This document shows, piece by piece, positions 1 to 15,387 of a DNA stretch of 64,000 nucleotides (its first letter is position 1; every line of letters begins with the position of its first letter). This stretch comes from Piromyces finnis finn (lineage: Eukaryota > Fungi > Neocallimastigomycota). The notes below the pieces were generated by a model, which was not told the origin of the DNA, made no database searches, and saw only the letters and a list, made by a program, of their open reading frames with translations. Where the stretch lies: the NCBI GenBank assembly GCA_002104945.1, contig MCFH01000015.1:186001-250000 (forward strand), given 5' to 3'. The position numbers and the translations under genes are program-made.

Positions 1-3000
1 GTTTGCCCAAATAATACAACATTATCCTTTTTTCCTTCTGTATCCTCTATTTCAACTTTAAAGAAAACTAATTCATCAATATTTAATTTATCAACATTAC
101 TTCCAAATGAGAATTCTATTTAATTGGTAGTTTTTTATGAAATATTCATTTATAGAGAATATATTTATTAATTTAAAATTGATGCTTAGAATATAATATA
201 TAATAATAATAATAATAATCATGGCAACTATTTTTTAACTTACTGCTTCCATAATCATCATATATATTGACTAGTAAATACAATAAAATCATATTATTTA
301 TATAATTTTTATTATTTTTTATTTTATAATTATTATTATTATTTACGGTTGTTGTTGTTATTATTGTTGGTGTTGTTGGTGTTGTTGTTGAGTTAAAATT
401 ATAATAAATTAATATTCAATTTTATGATTTTTGAAAAATAAAAATTATAAAATGAAAATGTATTTTTAATAGTATGTGTTTTACCAATAATATCATCATG
501 AATAATATCCCCAGATAATATATCATTAATTTTATTGGAATCTTCATTAATAACAAGTTTTGATGGATTTGTTACAAATGTGTTTTTTATTGATTTTAGT
601 TGACTTAATTTTGATGTATCATTATAAACAAAAATTGGCTCGGAATCTATGTTTAATGAATATGCCAAATTACCTGAAATAATTATGAAATATATATTAA
701 TAATTTAAAAAAAAAAAAATAATTAATAGAAAATATTAACAATTCTTTCTTTATATTTTTATTATCGAAAAAAAAAAATCTTTCATTTTTTTTTAATCTT
801 TGTACTCCTAAACATAATAATTAAAAAAAATTTACCAAATTCAGCAGTATTATTATAAAATTCACAGTTTTCAAAAATAACCCTTTCCTTTACAGAAGAA
901 TGAATAGAAAAAATTACACCACCATATAACTCAGCAGCATTATTATAAAAAAATGAATCATAAAATACTATTAAATAGTTAGCATTTTCAACATCCTCGA
1001 CATGTATAACACCTCCTTTTAATGACCTGTTGTTATTAAATGTTGAATTCCTGATATTAAAAGTTCCATAAAAATAATCTTTAGATGAAAATTTAAATAT
1101 TCCACTTTCTTCATAAATATTACTAAAATTTGAATTTTTAATATTTGTTGTCGAATATCTGGAATTATAAAAGCATGTTTCTTTATATATATATATATAT
1201 TAATATATAATATAAAGTAATAATATTATTTAAGTGACCAACAATCAATCAATTTAATATACCTCCATAAACGTTATTAAATAAAACATCTTCCATAATT
1301 AATGTTGAACGACTATAGAGCTGTGCAATAGATGATCGATCAAGTTCTGAAATACTATCCTTATTTACAGCACATTCTTTGTTTTTATAACATAAATGAA
1401 TATTTTCAAACTATGAAAAATATATTTAATATATTTTATATCCATAAAATATTAATTATAGATAAATAATAATAATTATTTTGGTCTTTACTGTTGAATC
1501 TTTAATAAAACATCTCGTTTCTTGCAATAATATTAATGCTAATTATTTTATTTTATATTAATATTTTAAATTAATCTATATAAATAAAATGTTTTTATAC
1601 GTAATACTTATTTTTTACATTATTCTTATAATAGTTACCTCCATTTGAATTAATATTTTTTACAGTACTATTATATATTTCTAATGTATCTATTTATATC
1701 AATTGTTTTATTTTAATTAGGTATGAAGTAATAAAAGATTTTTGTTGCTAATAACATTTATAAAATGAAAATGACTATATACTTTGACTGTTATCATGTC
1801 CATCATTTAAAAAAAAAGGATAGGTAATCTTGGAGTTAAATCCATCAACAATCATATTTTTAAATATCCCTATAGCATTATTTTGTAGAGATATAAAACT
1901 ATTATATATATAATAAATTATTATTTCTAATAAAAAATAGGTTTAATAATTAATATATAATTGATAATTACCTGGTATAATCCCCACCTATATTTTTTAT
2001 ATTAAGACTGTAATAAAATATATATATTTAGTCATCAGAATTCTATATATATTAATAAATATTATAGTAGATATAGAAATGTCTACTTTGTTCCAACAAA
2101 TCGTCCACCATTTATCCATAATAATACAGCTGTATTTTGATACGATTTAATATATGAATCACTAAAATTAAGGTTTTCCACCATAATTCTAACGTTATTT
2201 GTATTAACAGTATTAATAAATAATGCACCAACACCATTTCCATAAATTTTTTTTATATATGCATTACTATTTTTAAAAAAAAAAAAATTATTATTATAAA
2301 TTTTCAATATTATTCATAGTGATAAAATCTTTTTTTTTTTTTATTTTTCTTACTATATATTTATATCAATATCTTCATTTAAGAATATTAATGGACCATC
2401 TGACGTGTATGAATTTATATTTTCACAATATAAATTATCAATATTAATTGTAATATATCCATATGTACTAAATTCATTAATAATATATTATTATATTAAT
2501 TAATAATAGTTTAATCATATCATTATTAAAATTAAAAAAAATATATATTATTAATAGTAATTATACTGTTTGAATTATAAGTATATATATATATATATAT
2601 TTACCTTATTGCATGGCCTCTACTAATACTTGAAGTAGTAGAATAAATATCTTTAAAAGTAACATTTCTTAAACTAGAAACACCATGATCTATTCTCTCT
2701 GAATGGAAAAAGATACCACCACCCTTCATTTTAATATAGGATTAATTTTTAATAAAAATTTACATGATATAGAAAAATAAAAATACAGTATTATAATTAT
2801 ATTTTTTTTTATTATTATTTTTTTTTTTTTTTGTTCTTTTTATAAATTTATATTGATATATTTTAAATATAAATATTATTAATAATACTGTTGAATAGGC
2901 TGTTGAATTAATAAATGTTAAATTTTCTAAACTTGATACCAATGCTTTATATAAATATAATGATGCCCCATTAGTTTGTGAATAATTATCATGAAATAGT

Positions 3001-3913
3001 ACATCATTAATAATAATATCATTGCATTTATTTATATTAATACATCCACCTCTACAAAAAAAAATCAATAAAATTATAGTTAATAATATTATTTTTCTCA
3101 TCGACATTTATAATTATTTTAAAACTATTAATTATACTATATTTTTAATAATAATGAAATAATTAATATAAATTTTTTTATGTACAATTCATTTTTTCCA
3201 AACGACTCTTTCATTTCCGAATTGGAAAACCGAATTTCTTTAACACTATTAACATCTAAAAATTTTGTTTCGTATCCTCCTGAAAATAAAGTATTTGTTA
3301 AATGAAATTTTCCTGAAGCTAAAAATTCTTTTTCATTCCTCATAAGAATTACCCCCTTAAGTAAATTTTTATTTCCATAAAATTGAGTATGATCGATATA
3401 TAAATTTGATTGATAAAATTCCATTAAAAAACTTTTTTTAATTTCTGGAGGATTAATCCTTGAATTAGTAATAGTCACATTATTCTCTTTAGTTGAAGTC
3501 ATATTAAAAATATACGATCCATCATCTATAATAACATTTTCAAACTTTATATTTTCATTATTATTAAACAACATCGAAGATATTAATGTAATATCCAATA
3601 TATTAATTTCCTGAATATTTTTATCAAAATATAGACCTCCATTTTGATGAGTAAAAGTAAGTTTGGATTTTGATAATGATTCTCCTTTTATAGTTATTTT
3701 CGATATAGAACTGTTAATATTCAATTTTTCTATATCATTTACAATAATGTTATTTTTAATATTAATTTTTATCTCATCACTTGTTTTTTTTGAAAGTGCA
3801 TCTTTGAATTGATTTTCTGTTGTTACATCTATAAATTTTTCAGCATAGATTGATTTTATTGCTAGGTTAAAATATAAAATATAGATTAAAAAAATCCTTA
3901 CCACTGAAAACAT
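1..3913 (-). CDS. Multi-exon large secreted/membrane protein with polymorphic-membrane-protein-like GG(A/V)I repeats (pectin-lyase-like parallel beta-helix); 3' end runs off the left edge
   Basis: ATG at 3913 is followed by a hydrophobic signal peptide (MFSVVRIFLIYILYFNLAIKSIYA). Successive exons bounded by GT-AG carry repeated GGCINI, GASLYL, GGGIFF, GVGALFI, GGVIHV and GGVIFS motifs with F-x-N-N spacing. ORFs 3137-3913, 2760-3107, 2083-2307 and 399-668 are exon fragments. Not all exon boundaries were resolved. Confidence 0.75.
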
Positions 3914-4660
3914 ATTTTATTCAATAGGTTAATTATTGTTATTTATATTACTTAATGGATTGAATTTAAATATAAAATTGGAAGTAATAATAATGTATAT
4001 ATAATTTTTTTTTTTTTTTATGTCAATGGGTATTCATAAATTTATAAAAAAAAAAACTTAACAACTAATATATCAAGTATTTATATATATTATGTAACAG
4101 CAAATATGTTCTCATTAATAAAAAAAAAATCAAAAAGGAAAATAAAATGAATATAAATAAATTATTAATAATAAATAATCATTACAATAATTTTAATACT
4201 TTTAATTATTATTTAATTTTCTATTAACTAATAAAAAAAAAAAAAAAGATAAAATCTTTTTACAAATTATAATTTTTAATTTTTATAAAATATTAATCCT
4301 TTTCTTATTATTGAATTTTTTTTTTTTTTCTTTTTGTTTTCTGTAATTTTATTTGGTTTATCTGTTTATTTTTTCCTTTTTTTAATGTATACATAACTTT
4401 TTTTTTTATAAAAAAAATAAACTTTATAAATTAATATTATTTAATTCTTTAAAATTTTAAATAATACTAAATGTTCTCTATAAGGATTATGGAAAAAACA
4501 AAAAAAAAAATAAATAAGTAACTAGATAACGAATAAAAAAATTATGAAAAATAAGGTTATTTTAAATGAAAACTTTAATTTTCAAAAATAAAACTGTAAA
4601 CGTAGAAAAAATTTTTAATTTTTTTTTTTTTAAAAATTATAATAATCTTATTTCAATGAA

Positions 4661-6784
4661 TTAACAATCACTTGGAATATCATGATTATTTGTATATGTA
4701 ACATATCCAGTTGAAGAATTTACTGAAGGTGCCTTAGCATTAACACCTAACCCGCGTGCAGCAAATCCTCTCCATAATGCGCATCTCATTCTTTTAAAAT
4801 TGGAGAATTGGCGTTGTGCCAAGAAAATAGAATCTCTAGCTTCAATAAATGTTGGATTACATGGCATAAGTTTTAAAGCATCAACAACAATTTTAGCTAA
4901 ACGTACATTTCCAGGTAAATCTTTAGAATTAACTTCTAAACTAAGGTTTTTATCATCTCCATTAGTATTTAATAAAATATTTGAAGTAAAGCCATATTCA
5001 TCAATAACTTCCCAAATAACATCATACATAATTGATGCAAATACTTGACCACCAAAATGTGCTTCTACTTGAGAACCTTTTGCATGGGATAAAGTGTTGT
5101 ATGTTAATGGATTTACACTTTGATCCATAGTATATGGATACTTTCTAGAAGTACCATTTGAAAGCCATTTTGCCCATATAAGTTCCTTCTTACGATTTTC
5201 ACCTTTTTTTGTTGTTAAAAGGAGGGAAAAGAAATCGGATAAACCTTCATTAATTGAATCAGCTTCTCCATCTTTGAAGCAACTAGTTTGAGAAGGACCA
5301 CCAACTAATCTTCCACTTACACCATGAGTATATTCATGAATAATGATTTGGTTAGACAAAGCTGGATCTCTTTCATATTCTTTAATTCTATTATAAATTA
5401 AAAGCTTCATTCTTGGACTTTTACCATCAGCACCAGTAATCATATAGGCATTATTATTACCACTGGAATTTTGAACAAGTACAATAAGTTGATCATTATC
5501 TTCACCACCTTTATCCCAATTATTGGTTTGGAAATTACCATATTTTTCAGTAAAGCCATAAACATAAAAGAAATCATGTAATATATTAGTTATGTAAAAT
5601 GCATTAGTGACAGCAGCTTGATAATTATCTCTAGCTTTAGCAGCAGAACTATTAAATTTATAATCGAATATTAATTCCTTTTTAGTAGAAGTAGCGATAA
5701 ATTTTTTATTTTGAGTATAGGAGACACTCTCATCCCAATCAAGAACAGCCTTAACATTATTACCATTAGTATAATAGTATAAATATCTACCATCTCTATT
5801 CCAACCTCTTGGTGAAGCCTTTTTATTTTCTGGATCAACAATAAGTTGACTTCCTTCACCAATATCAACATTATACCATGGAACAGCACGGAAGGTTGCA
5901 CTTCTAGCCAAATCATAAATATCATATAATTCACCAGTAGTAGTAGAAATATCAGCAACAAAAAGATGATCTTCTAATTCAACTGTAAGTTCATAAACAT
6001 TATCAAAAGAATCAGCATTTAAAGGAATAACTTTTTCCTCAACATCGATAGTATCATCATAAGTATAACCAACACCCTTAATTGTAATTCTATCTGGGCG
6101 ATTATTTTCAACCATAACTAATTGATTGGCATCAACATTATATCCGAGGGTGGTTGAAAATTTCATAATAGCATCATTAACGCTCATTTTTGGTTGATTA
6201 CCATAAATAAATTTTGAGTTATAAATTTTATCTAAGGATAAAACAGGAATAAATTCAACATCAACATCCCCTTCAGCCTGAGAAGTATCTCTCATAACAG
6301 TTGGCATTAATGTACTACCATAAGAAATAACATTTCCTGTTTTTCTATGAATATTTACATTAGCTGCAACATTTGATAATTCCTTACCACCTATTACTTG
6401 ACGGAAGTGGACATTAACTAAACCACCATCAGTAATTATATCTTTAATAAGAAGTTCATCTCTAGTAATACCAATTTCATTTATTAAATGATTGATTGCA
6501 ATTTCTTTAAAATTATTTATTGGATTATCTTGTCGTTTTTTGAATGATTTTGAAGTATTATTCTTTACAAATAAATTTTTTATCTTTGTAAATATACTAT
6601 TTTCATTTCTCTTATATATTTGTCCAACTGGTATTTTTGGTGTTTCTGTAATATTATCATTATCTGGTTCGATTGACACTACTTCTTCATAAACTTGATG
6701 TACTCTTGGTGGAGTATATATTGAAGCATTAACATATAATTCAAAACATTGAATAACAAAAACAAAAAATAATAATGTCTTCAT
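4661..6784 (-). CDS. Fungalysin (M36) extracellular zinc metalloendopeptidase with signal peptide and propeptide, 707 aa, intronless
   Basis: Zinc motif IIHEYTHGVSGRL, third-ligand region INEGLSDFF, and the M36 motifs YGFTEKYGNFQ, EAHFGGQVF, LMPCNPTFIEARD and LWRGFAARGLG. Signal peptide and dibasic KR sites in the N-terminal prodomain. Confidence 0.95.
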   Translation of the reverse strand: MKTLLFFVFVIQCFELYVNASIYTPPRVHQVYEEVVSIEPDNDNITETPKIPVGQIYKRNENSIFTKIKNLFVKNNTSKSFKKRQDNPINNFKEIAINHLINEIGITRDELLIKDIITDGGLVNVHFRQVIGGKELSNVAANVNIHRKTGNVISYGSTLMPTVMRDTSQAEGDVDVEFIPVLSLDKIYNSKFIYGNQPKMSVNDAIMKFSTTLGYNVDANQLVMVENNRPDRITIKGVGYTYDDTIDVEEKVIPLNADSFDNVYELTVELEDHLFVADISTTTGELYDIYDLARSATFRAVPWYNVDIGEGSQLIVDPENKKASPRGWNRDGRYLYYYTNGNNVKAVLDWDESVSYTQNKKFIATSTKKELIFDYKFNSSAAKARDNYQAAVTNAFYITNILHDFFYVYGFTEKYGNFQTNNWDKGGEDNDQLIVLVQNSSGNNNAYMITGADGKSPRMKLLIYNRIKEYERDPALSNQIIIHEYTHGVSGRLVGGPSQTSCFKDGEADSINEGLSDFFSLLLTTKKGENRKKELIWAKWLSNGTSRKYPYTMDQSVNPLTYNTLSHAKGSQVEAHFGGQVFASIMYDVIWEVIDEYGFTSNILLNTNGDDKNLSLEVNSKDLPGNVRLAKIVVDALKLMPCNPTFIEARDSIFLAQRQFSNFKRMRCALWRGFAARGLGVNAKAPSVNSSTGYVTYTNNHDIPSDC

Positions 6785-8971
6785 TCTAAAGATTTTTTAT
6801 TAATAAAAAATTGGTATATATAACTACAGTATTTTTTATTATTTTAAATCTTTGTAAATAATTCTATGAATTTCTATGAATTAGATTTAAATTACTTTAA
6901 AAGTGACTTTTTCTTTTATATAGGTTATGCTTCACTTTAAAATAATATTATCTCACTATTTTTGTTTTAAAAAAAAAAAGGAAATATACAAGATTGTTGT
7001 TTATTTCTAATCAATATTTATACTTTTCAAGTTTATTGTTTCTTTATTATTTTACAACTTATTCAACAACACCACCTATAAAATGAAATAAAAAAAAATT
7101 ACAATTAAAAATACGAAAAAAATGCCGTTTTTATACAATAATTATGAACATAAAAAAAAAGTATATTAAATAATTTTTATTTCCTTTTTTTATCAAATTC
7201 TTTAATGTTTAATTTTTTTTATTAATTAAATTTTATGGTAATAATGAATTGAATTGAAATTTTATATTTATTAAAGTTTCCATTCTTTATTTGTTAATAT
7301 TTTAAATTTATTTTGTGTAATTGAATGAAGTTTAAGCTCCCAAAAATATAATAAAATTTTTTTACTTTTTTATTATTGAATGTTTATTTAATATAATGTA
7401 ATTACCAAATAAGGAAATTCATGAACGAATAAAATAAATTTTACGGATTAAACTTTTGAATAGAAAAAAAAACTAATATAAAAAATAGATTGAAAACTTT
7501 ATTAATTATTAAAATTATATTTACAATAATATATGATAATTAATTAACAATATAAATCAATTATATTGTAATAGTTAATAATAAAATAAATTTGTATGAA
7601 ATATATTATATAATAATATAATAATTATAGGTCAATAATATATATCTATTATATAGTATAAAATTAATTTATTTAATGTATAATAAATGTTAAAAAATTA
7701 AATATTAAATTTAATATATGTAAAAAAATTTACAATTACTCATACTTTTTTAAAAAGGATATTAAAAAAAAACTAAAAGACTATTAGATTAATAGGTTAT
7801 ATATGTATCCTTTACCAAGAAGATTTTATTTAAATCATAATAGATAAAATAATAATAAAACTATGATAATTAAAACCATGAACATCTAATATGTTGTTTA
7901 TACTATAATAATCATTTCTTCATAATAAATTCTATAAACTTATGATAGCTATAAAAATTATATCACGTGTAAATACTAATTTATTAGAATTTTATTATAC
8001 TGAAAAGGTTGTACAATAAAATACACAATTGTTTGTACAACATTTCTATTTTCTTTTTTCAGATAAATACACTAATTTTAAAAAAGGAAATAAAACTTGT
8101 TCATAAGCAGTAATAAATGTATTGCTATAGTTGAATGGTTATATGCATATGAATATGATCATTAAATAATCACAATTTCAATATGAAAAGTATTTTAATT
8201 TGAGATATTATATTATTGTATACATTATGTAATATTCATATATAAGAAAATGTATTTAAATAATTCTATTATGGTACATGTTAAAAAAAAAAAAAAAGGA
8301 GGAAATGTCATCATTAATGATTTTAGGTTACACCACTAAAAAGATGAAATTCTTTTAGATTTTGTGCAAAAAACCTCCTGAAATTAAATAATCTTTTAAT
8401 TATAAATGTAAATGTTTATAAAAATTAAAAAAAAAAATGATGAATGTAAAGGAAAATTAAAAAAAAAAAATTAGCAATGAAATTCATTTTATGTGAACAA
8501 GTTGATGTTATTTCTGCAAATGAAAAGAAAAAAAAAAAAACATACGCAAATTGTATATAAGTAATTCAAATGAAGAATGGGAAAGAAAGAAAAAAGCATC
8601 TTGATACAAATAATAATGAAAATGTTTAATATGTTTATCTTCATAGTAACAGGAGAATAGCATTAATTATGTCTTAAAAAATACCAACAAAAGTAATAGT
8701 AATAATAAGAATTTTTTTTTATAATTATTCTAATAATTCAATATGAACATCTTAAAAAAAAAAAACTTTAAAGCTTTTGTTGGTGATACAAAAAAAATAA
8801 TTTTTTATTAAAATTATTGGTTTAAATCTTTTTTTAGGAAAAATAAAAAGTTTAATATAAAATATATGAAAATATGAAACATATACAAAACCTATTAAAC
8901 TATATAAAAGTAACTATTTATTCATTAAATTTGAAAATGAATAAAAAAAACAAAAAATAAAAAGAAATAAT

Positions 8972-11280
<2,309 letters not shown>

Positions 11281-11334
11281 AAGAAATACTAACTTAGATG
11301 ATACTAAATAAATAATCAGAAGATGAAAAGGAAG

Positions 11335-11365
<31 letters not shown>

Positions 11366-12864
11366 CAAAAAAAAAAAAAAAAAAAAAAAAGTTATTTTAA
11401 AAAATAAATGAAAAAATAAAAAATAAAAAATAAATAAATAAAAACTAGGTTAACGAAAATGTTATAAATATCAATAATAATAATAACGAAAAAACAAAAA
11501 CAAAAAATGAAATAATAAAACTTTTTTTTTATTCCTTAATAAAAATATTCATTGAAAAATTAATAAATATTTTTATTATTAATAAATCTTTAAGAATAAA
11601 ATGTATATTAATAAAATGAAATGAAATAAAATAAAAAAATCATAAGAATTAAAATATAAAAGTCTCATTTTTTTTTATTATTGCATTAAATATAATTTTT
11701 ATTTTATAATTAAATAAAAGAATCTTGTTGTAAAATACTTTTATAATTATATTTGAAAAATATTTAATATTTGCTTGAATAATTATTAGAATAAGAATAA
11801 AATAAAATAAAAAAAAAAACTACTATATTTTTATATAGCAATAGAGGATTATTACTTTAATCTTCAAATAAAATTAAATAAAATTATATTGAATATTTCT
11901 TTTAATAAAAAAAATAAAATAAATATTAAATTTTACCAAAAAAGCTTCATTTTTGGTAATTTAGTAAGTGCTTTGGTTGCATCAAATATAATTATTTTTT
12001 ATTTTTATTAGTCAAATGTCAAAAATGTCAAATTTTATTAAAAAATAAAATTAAAATTGACCAATGGTTTTTTAGAAAAATAGTAAATAATAAAGGATTA
12101 TGTTTTACATTTAAAATAGGTTAGGTTGTGAAAATAAATCACACAACACATATATATTTTTTATAAAAAAAAAAAAAAGAGAAATAATTATTTAAAGATG
12201 TTCAAGATTGACTTGCTTTGTCATTCATTTATAAAATTATAATCTAGATTTATTGTTTGTATATTTCTATTATCTTTTAATTATTTATTATAATAATTAT
12301 AATGAAACAGGAATAAAATAATATTTATTTCTTATTAAAAAAAAAAGGTTTTTTATTTTTCTTGTAAAATTAATATGTATACTAATTATAGGATTACATA
12401 TAATTTACACGAATTTATGAATATAATTCTTAATAGCAGAAATTCATATTACAACAAGACAATTTTTACAATTAAAAAAATTTTATAACAAGTTTATCTT
12501 TTAATTTTCATTAGTTTTTAAATATATATATATTATTTATGAACTATTAACAATATAGTTTCAAATATAAACACTTGATATCATTTAAATTTTTAATAAT
12601 GAGTATAAGGTTTATTATATTTTTTATATATATGTTTATTGTTCATTTGATAGTTTATTAATGATGGCAATGATACTTTGTCTTTTTACTATATTTATTA
12701 TAAATATATAAAATATAAAATAAATAAAAAATACAATATACAATGAAAATAGCAAAATAAATAAATATTATTATTACATTGAATTAATTAATTCTTTATG
12801 TGTATTTAGGATTAATGAGTTTATAAAAATTGATAATTTTTTCTTTCTTTTTTAATTTTTCTTT

Positions 12865-13581
12865 TTATTTTTTACTTAAATCTTCAATATCAACTATTTT
12901 TATTTTTTTATTTTTTCCTTGTTTTGATTGATCAACTACTAATTGACCACATGCACCTGCAATATCATTTCCTTTGCTTTGACGAATAGTAGAAGGTATA
13001 TCATATTCTTTTAAAATTTCTTTAAATTTAATAATATCTTCATGAAGAGGACTTTTATAATTAATACTTGGGCTTTCTATTGAATTCCATGGGATTAAAT
13101 TTACTGTACATTTTATATCTTTTAATAATTCTCCTAACTCTCTAGCTTCTTTTTCTGTGTCATTAATCTTATGTAATAATAAATATTCAATAAAAATAGC
13201 ATTTTTCGTTTTTTCTTGATATTGTTTTATGGTGTTCATTAATTTATCTAATTTATAACCTATACATATTAATAAAAAATAAATATTAGGTTGACAAAAA
13301 ACATTAATTTATACTATTTTTTTTTTTGTATCTTTAATAATTATTATTTGCAAAAATTATTAAAATAGTTATACATTACCTTTAGCAGTTGGTATAATTC
13401 TTTTTCTTAATTCTTGATTAGGTGCATGTAATGATAATGCTAAATTACATTTTGGGAAATCTTCAGCAAAAGTCATAATTCTTGGAATAACACCAACAGT
13501 TGATAATGTTATATGTGAATTTTGTAAAGCAAAAAATCTTGAATCGGTTAACTTTTTATTTTTGAACATTTTAATAATAAC

Positions 13582-13616
<35 letters not shown>

Positions 13617-14527
13617 TATATATAAGATTTTGAAATAACAAATGAATTTATATAATATTTAATTAATACAATTTGAAAAAGGTTTTTGAAAATAATATGT
13701 GAATTTATACAATTGTTTTTATGCTTACCATTTTCAATGCTGCCTTTACATTATTATAATTATTTAAAGGTTCACCCATTCCCATGAACACAATATTTGA
13801 AATATCTGCTATATCAAGTGCATGAACGAATTGTTCTATAATTTCACCTTCTGTTAAACTTCCCTTTAAACCCATAGTACCTGTAGCACAAAATGTGCAA
13901 GCCATTTGGCAACCAATCTTTAAAAAAAAAAAAAGAAAAATAAAAAACAAGTGTAATGATAAAAATATATATATAATATATAAATAAATTAAAATTAGAT
14001 TTAAATGAATCTTAATTAAATTTAAAACATATTAATAATTTTTAAAGAAATTTATATATTTTAAATTGTCAAAATATTGAAATCATTTTTGATACTAATC
14101 ATATAAAAAATAAAATTTCCAAATTATATAACTTTTATAAATAATTAATTACTTGACATGAAACACATAAAGTTGCTCTTCTTCTACCAGTTCCTTTTTC
14201 ATTATTTCTGGTATCATAATACATAATTACTTCTTCAATTTGACTTCCATCTTGTAATTCTACTAATAATTTAGTTGTTCCATCTTCTGCTTCTTGAGCT
14301 CCTAAAACTTTAGAAGTACAGAATTCGAAATTTTCATTTAATAATTTCATGGCAGCTTTTGGATAATCTTTCATATTTGCCCATGATTTTTGTTTGACAT
14401 TTCTTACTAAATATTTATATAATTTATCAATATGAATTGATTTTATTTCATTTTTGCTAAATAAATTTTCAACTTTAGTTCTATCCCAAATGGAATTTTG
14501 TTCTAATTTTCTTTTTCGAGATGACAT
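12865..14527 (-). CDS. rlmN: RlmN/Cfr-family radical-SAM RNA methyltransferase (4 exons: 14527-14153, 13917-13729, 13551-13380, 13259-12865)
   Basis: The spliced product reads LCVSCQIGCQMACTFCATG (resolving Cys plus the CxxxCxxC cluster motif), VFMGMGEP, ITLSTVG, LALSLHAP, VNLIPWN and the C-terminal GNDIAGACGQL carrying the methyl-transfer Cys. GT-AG introns keep the frame. Confidence 0.93.
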
Positions 14528-15387
14528 TTTTTTTATGCTTGTATTTTTATTAATAATAATTATTGGTAATTTTCTTTTTTAATATTAAATGACCTATTTA
14601 TTACGTATAAAAACATTATGTATCAGTTTAAACAATTATATTATAAATCAATTACATTAATATATATTTGCCACATATTCATTATAAATTATATAACAAT
14701 ATTAATTATTTGTGGCACAAATGTTAACTAATTATTATAACATTTATTATTATAAAAATCGATATATATATATTTATTATATATTAAAAAATAACAATAT
14801 TCTTTTTTTTTTTTTTTTATACAATTTAATTTTTATTTAATATATTTATATTCAATTATTATTACTTTTTTTTTTATCTATGCTTTTCTTTTAAGGAAAT
14901 AACACTAGTTAAAGTAAGAAGTGGTAGGCATAAAACTCATTAAAACATCAAAATTCTTACTATTTCAAAAAGATCTATGTTTTTTTTTAATTTATTATTA
15001 AACTTAACATGAAACTTTTATGCTTTCATCATCAAATAGGTTTGGGTGAGTTTTATGATCATCATCATCATTATTTGAATAATAATAATTACACAATATA
15101 TTCCATATATTTTTATATATTAAATTAAAGTTTTTAATAAATAGGTTATGAATCTCTCATATAGAAAAATTATTTATGAATGTATGGATTATCATACCCT
15201 GATTGGATTATTATTTTATATTAAAATTATTGGATTATTTATATCATTTATTTATATTGAAATGTATATTATTAATATATTCGCAATAACTTTATTGAAA
15301 ATTCTATTTAAACCCAACTTTTACTGCTACCAAATTTTGTTTCTTTGCTATATTATTATATAATTTATTAATAAAATAGAATTCAAA

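Noticed and set aside
4661-6784. Intronless fungalysin as a possible lateral transfer or retrocopy
   Set aside because: M36 is a normal fungal family, its composition matches the host, and no TSD or poly(A) relic is visible.
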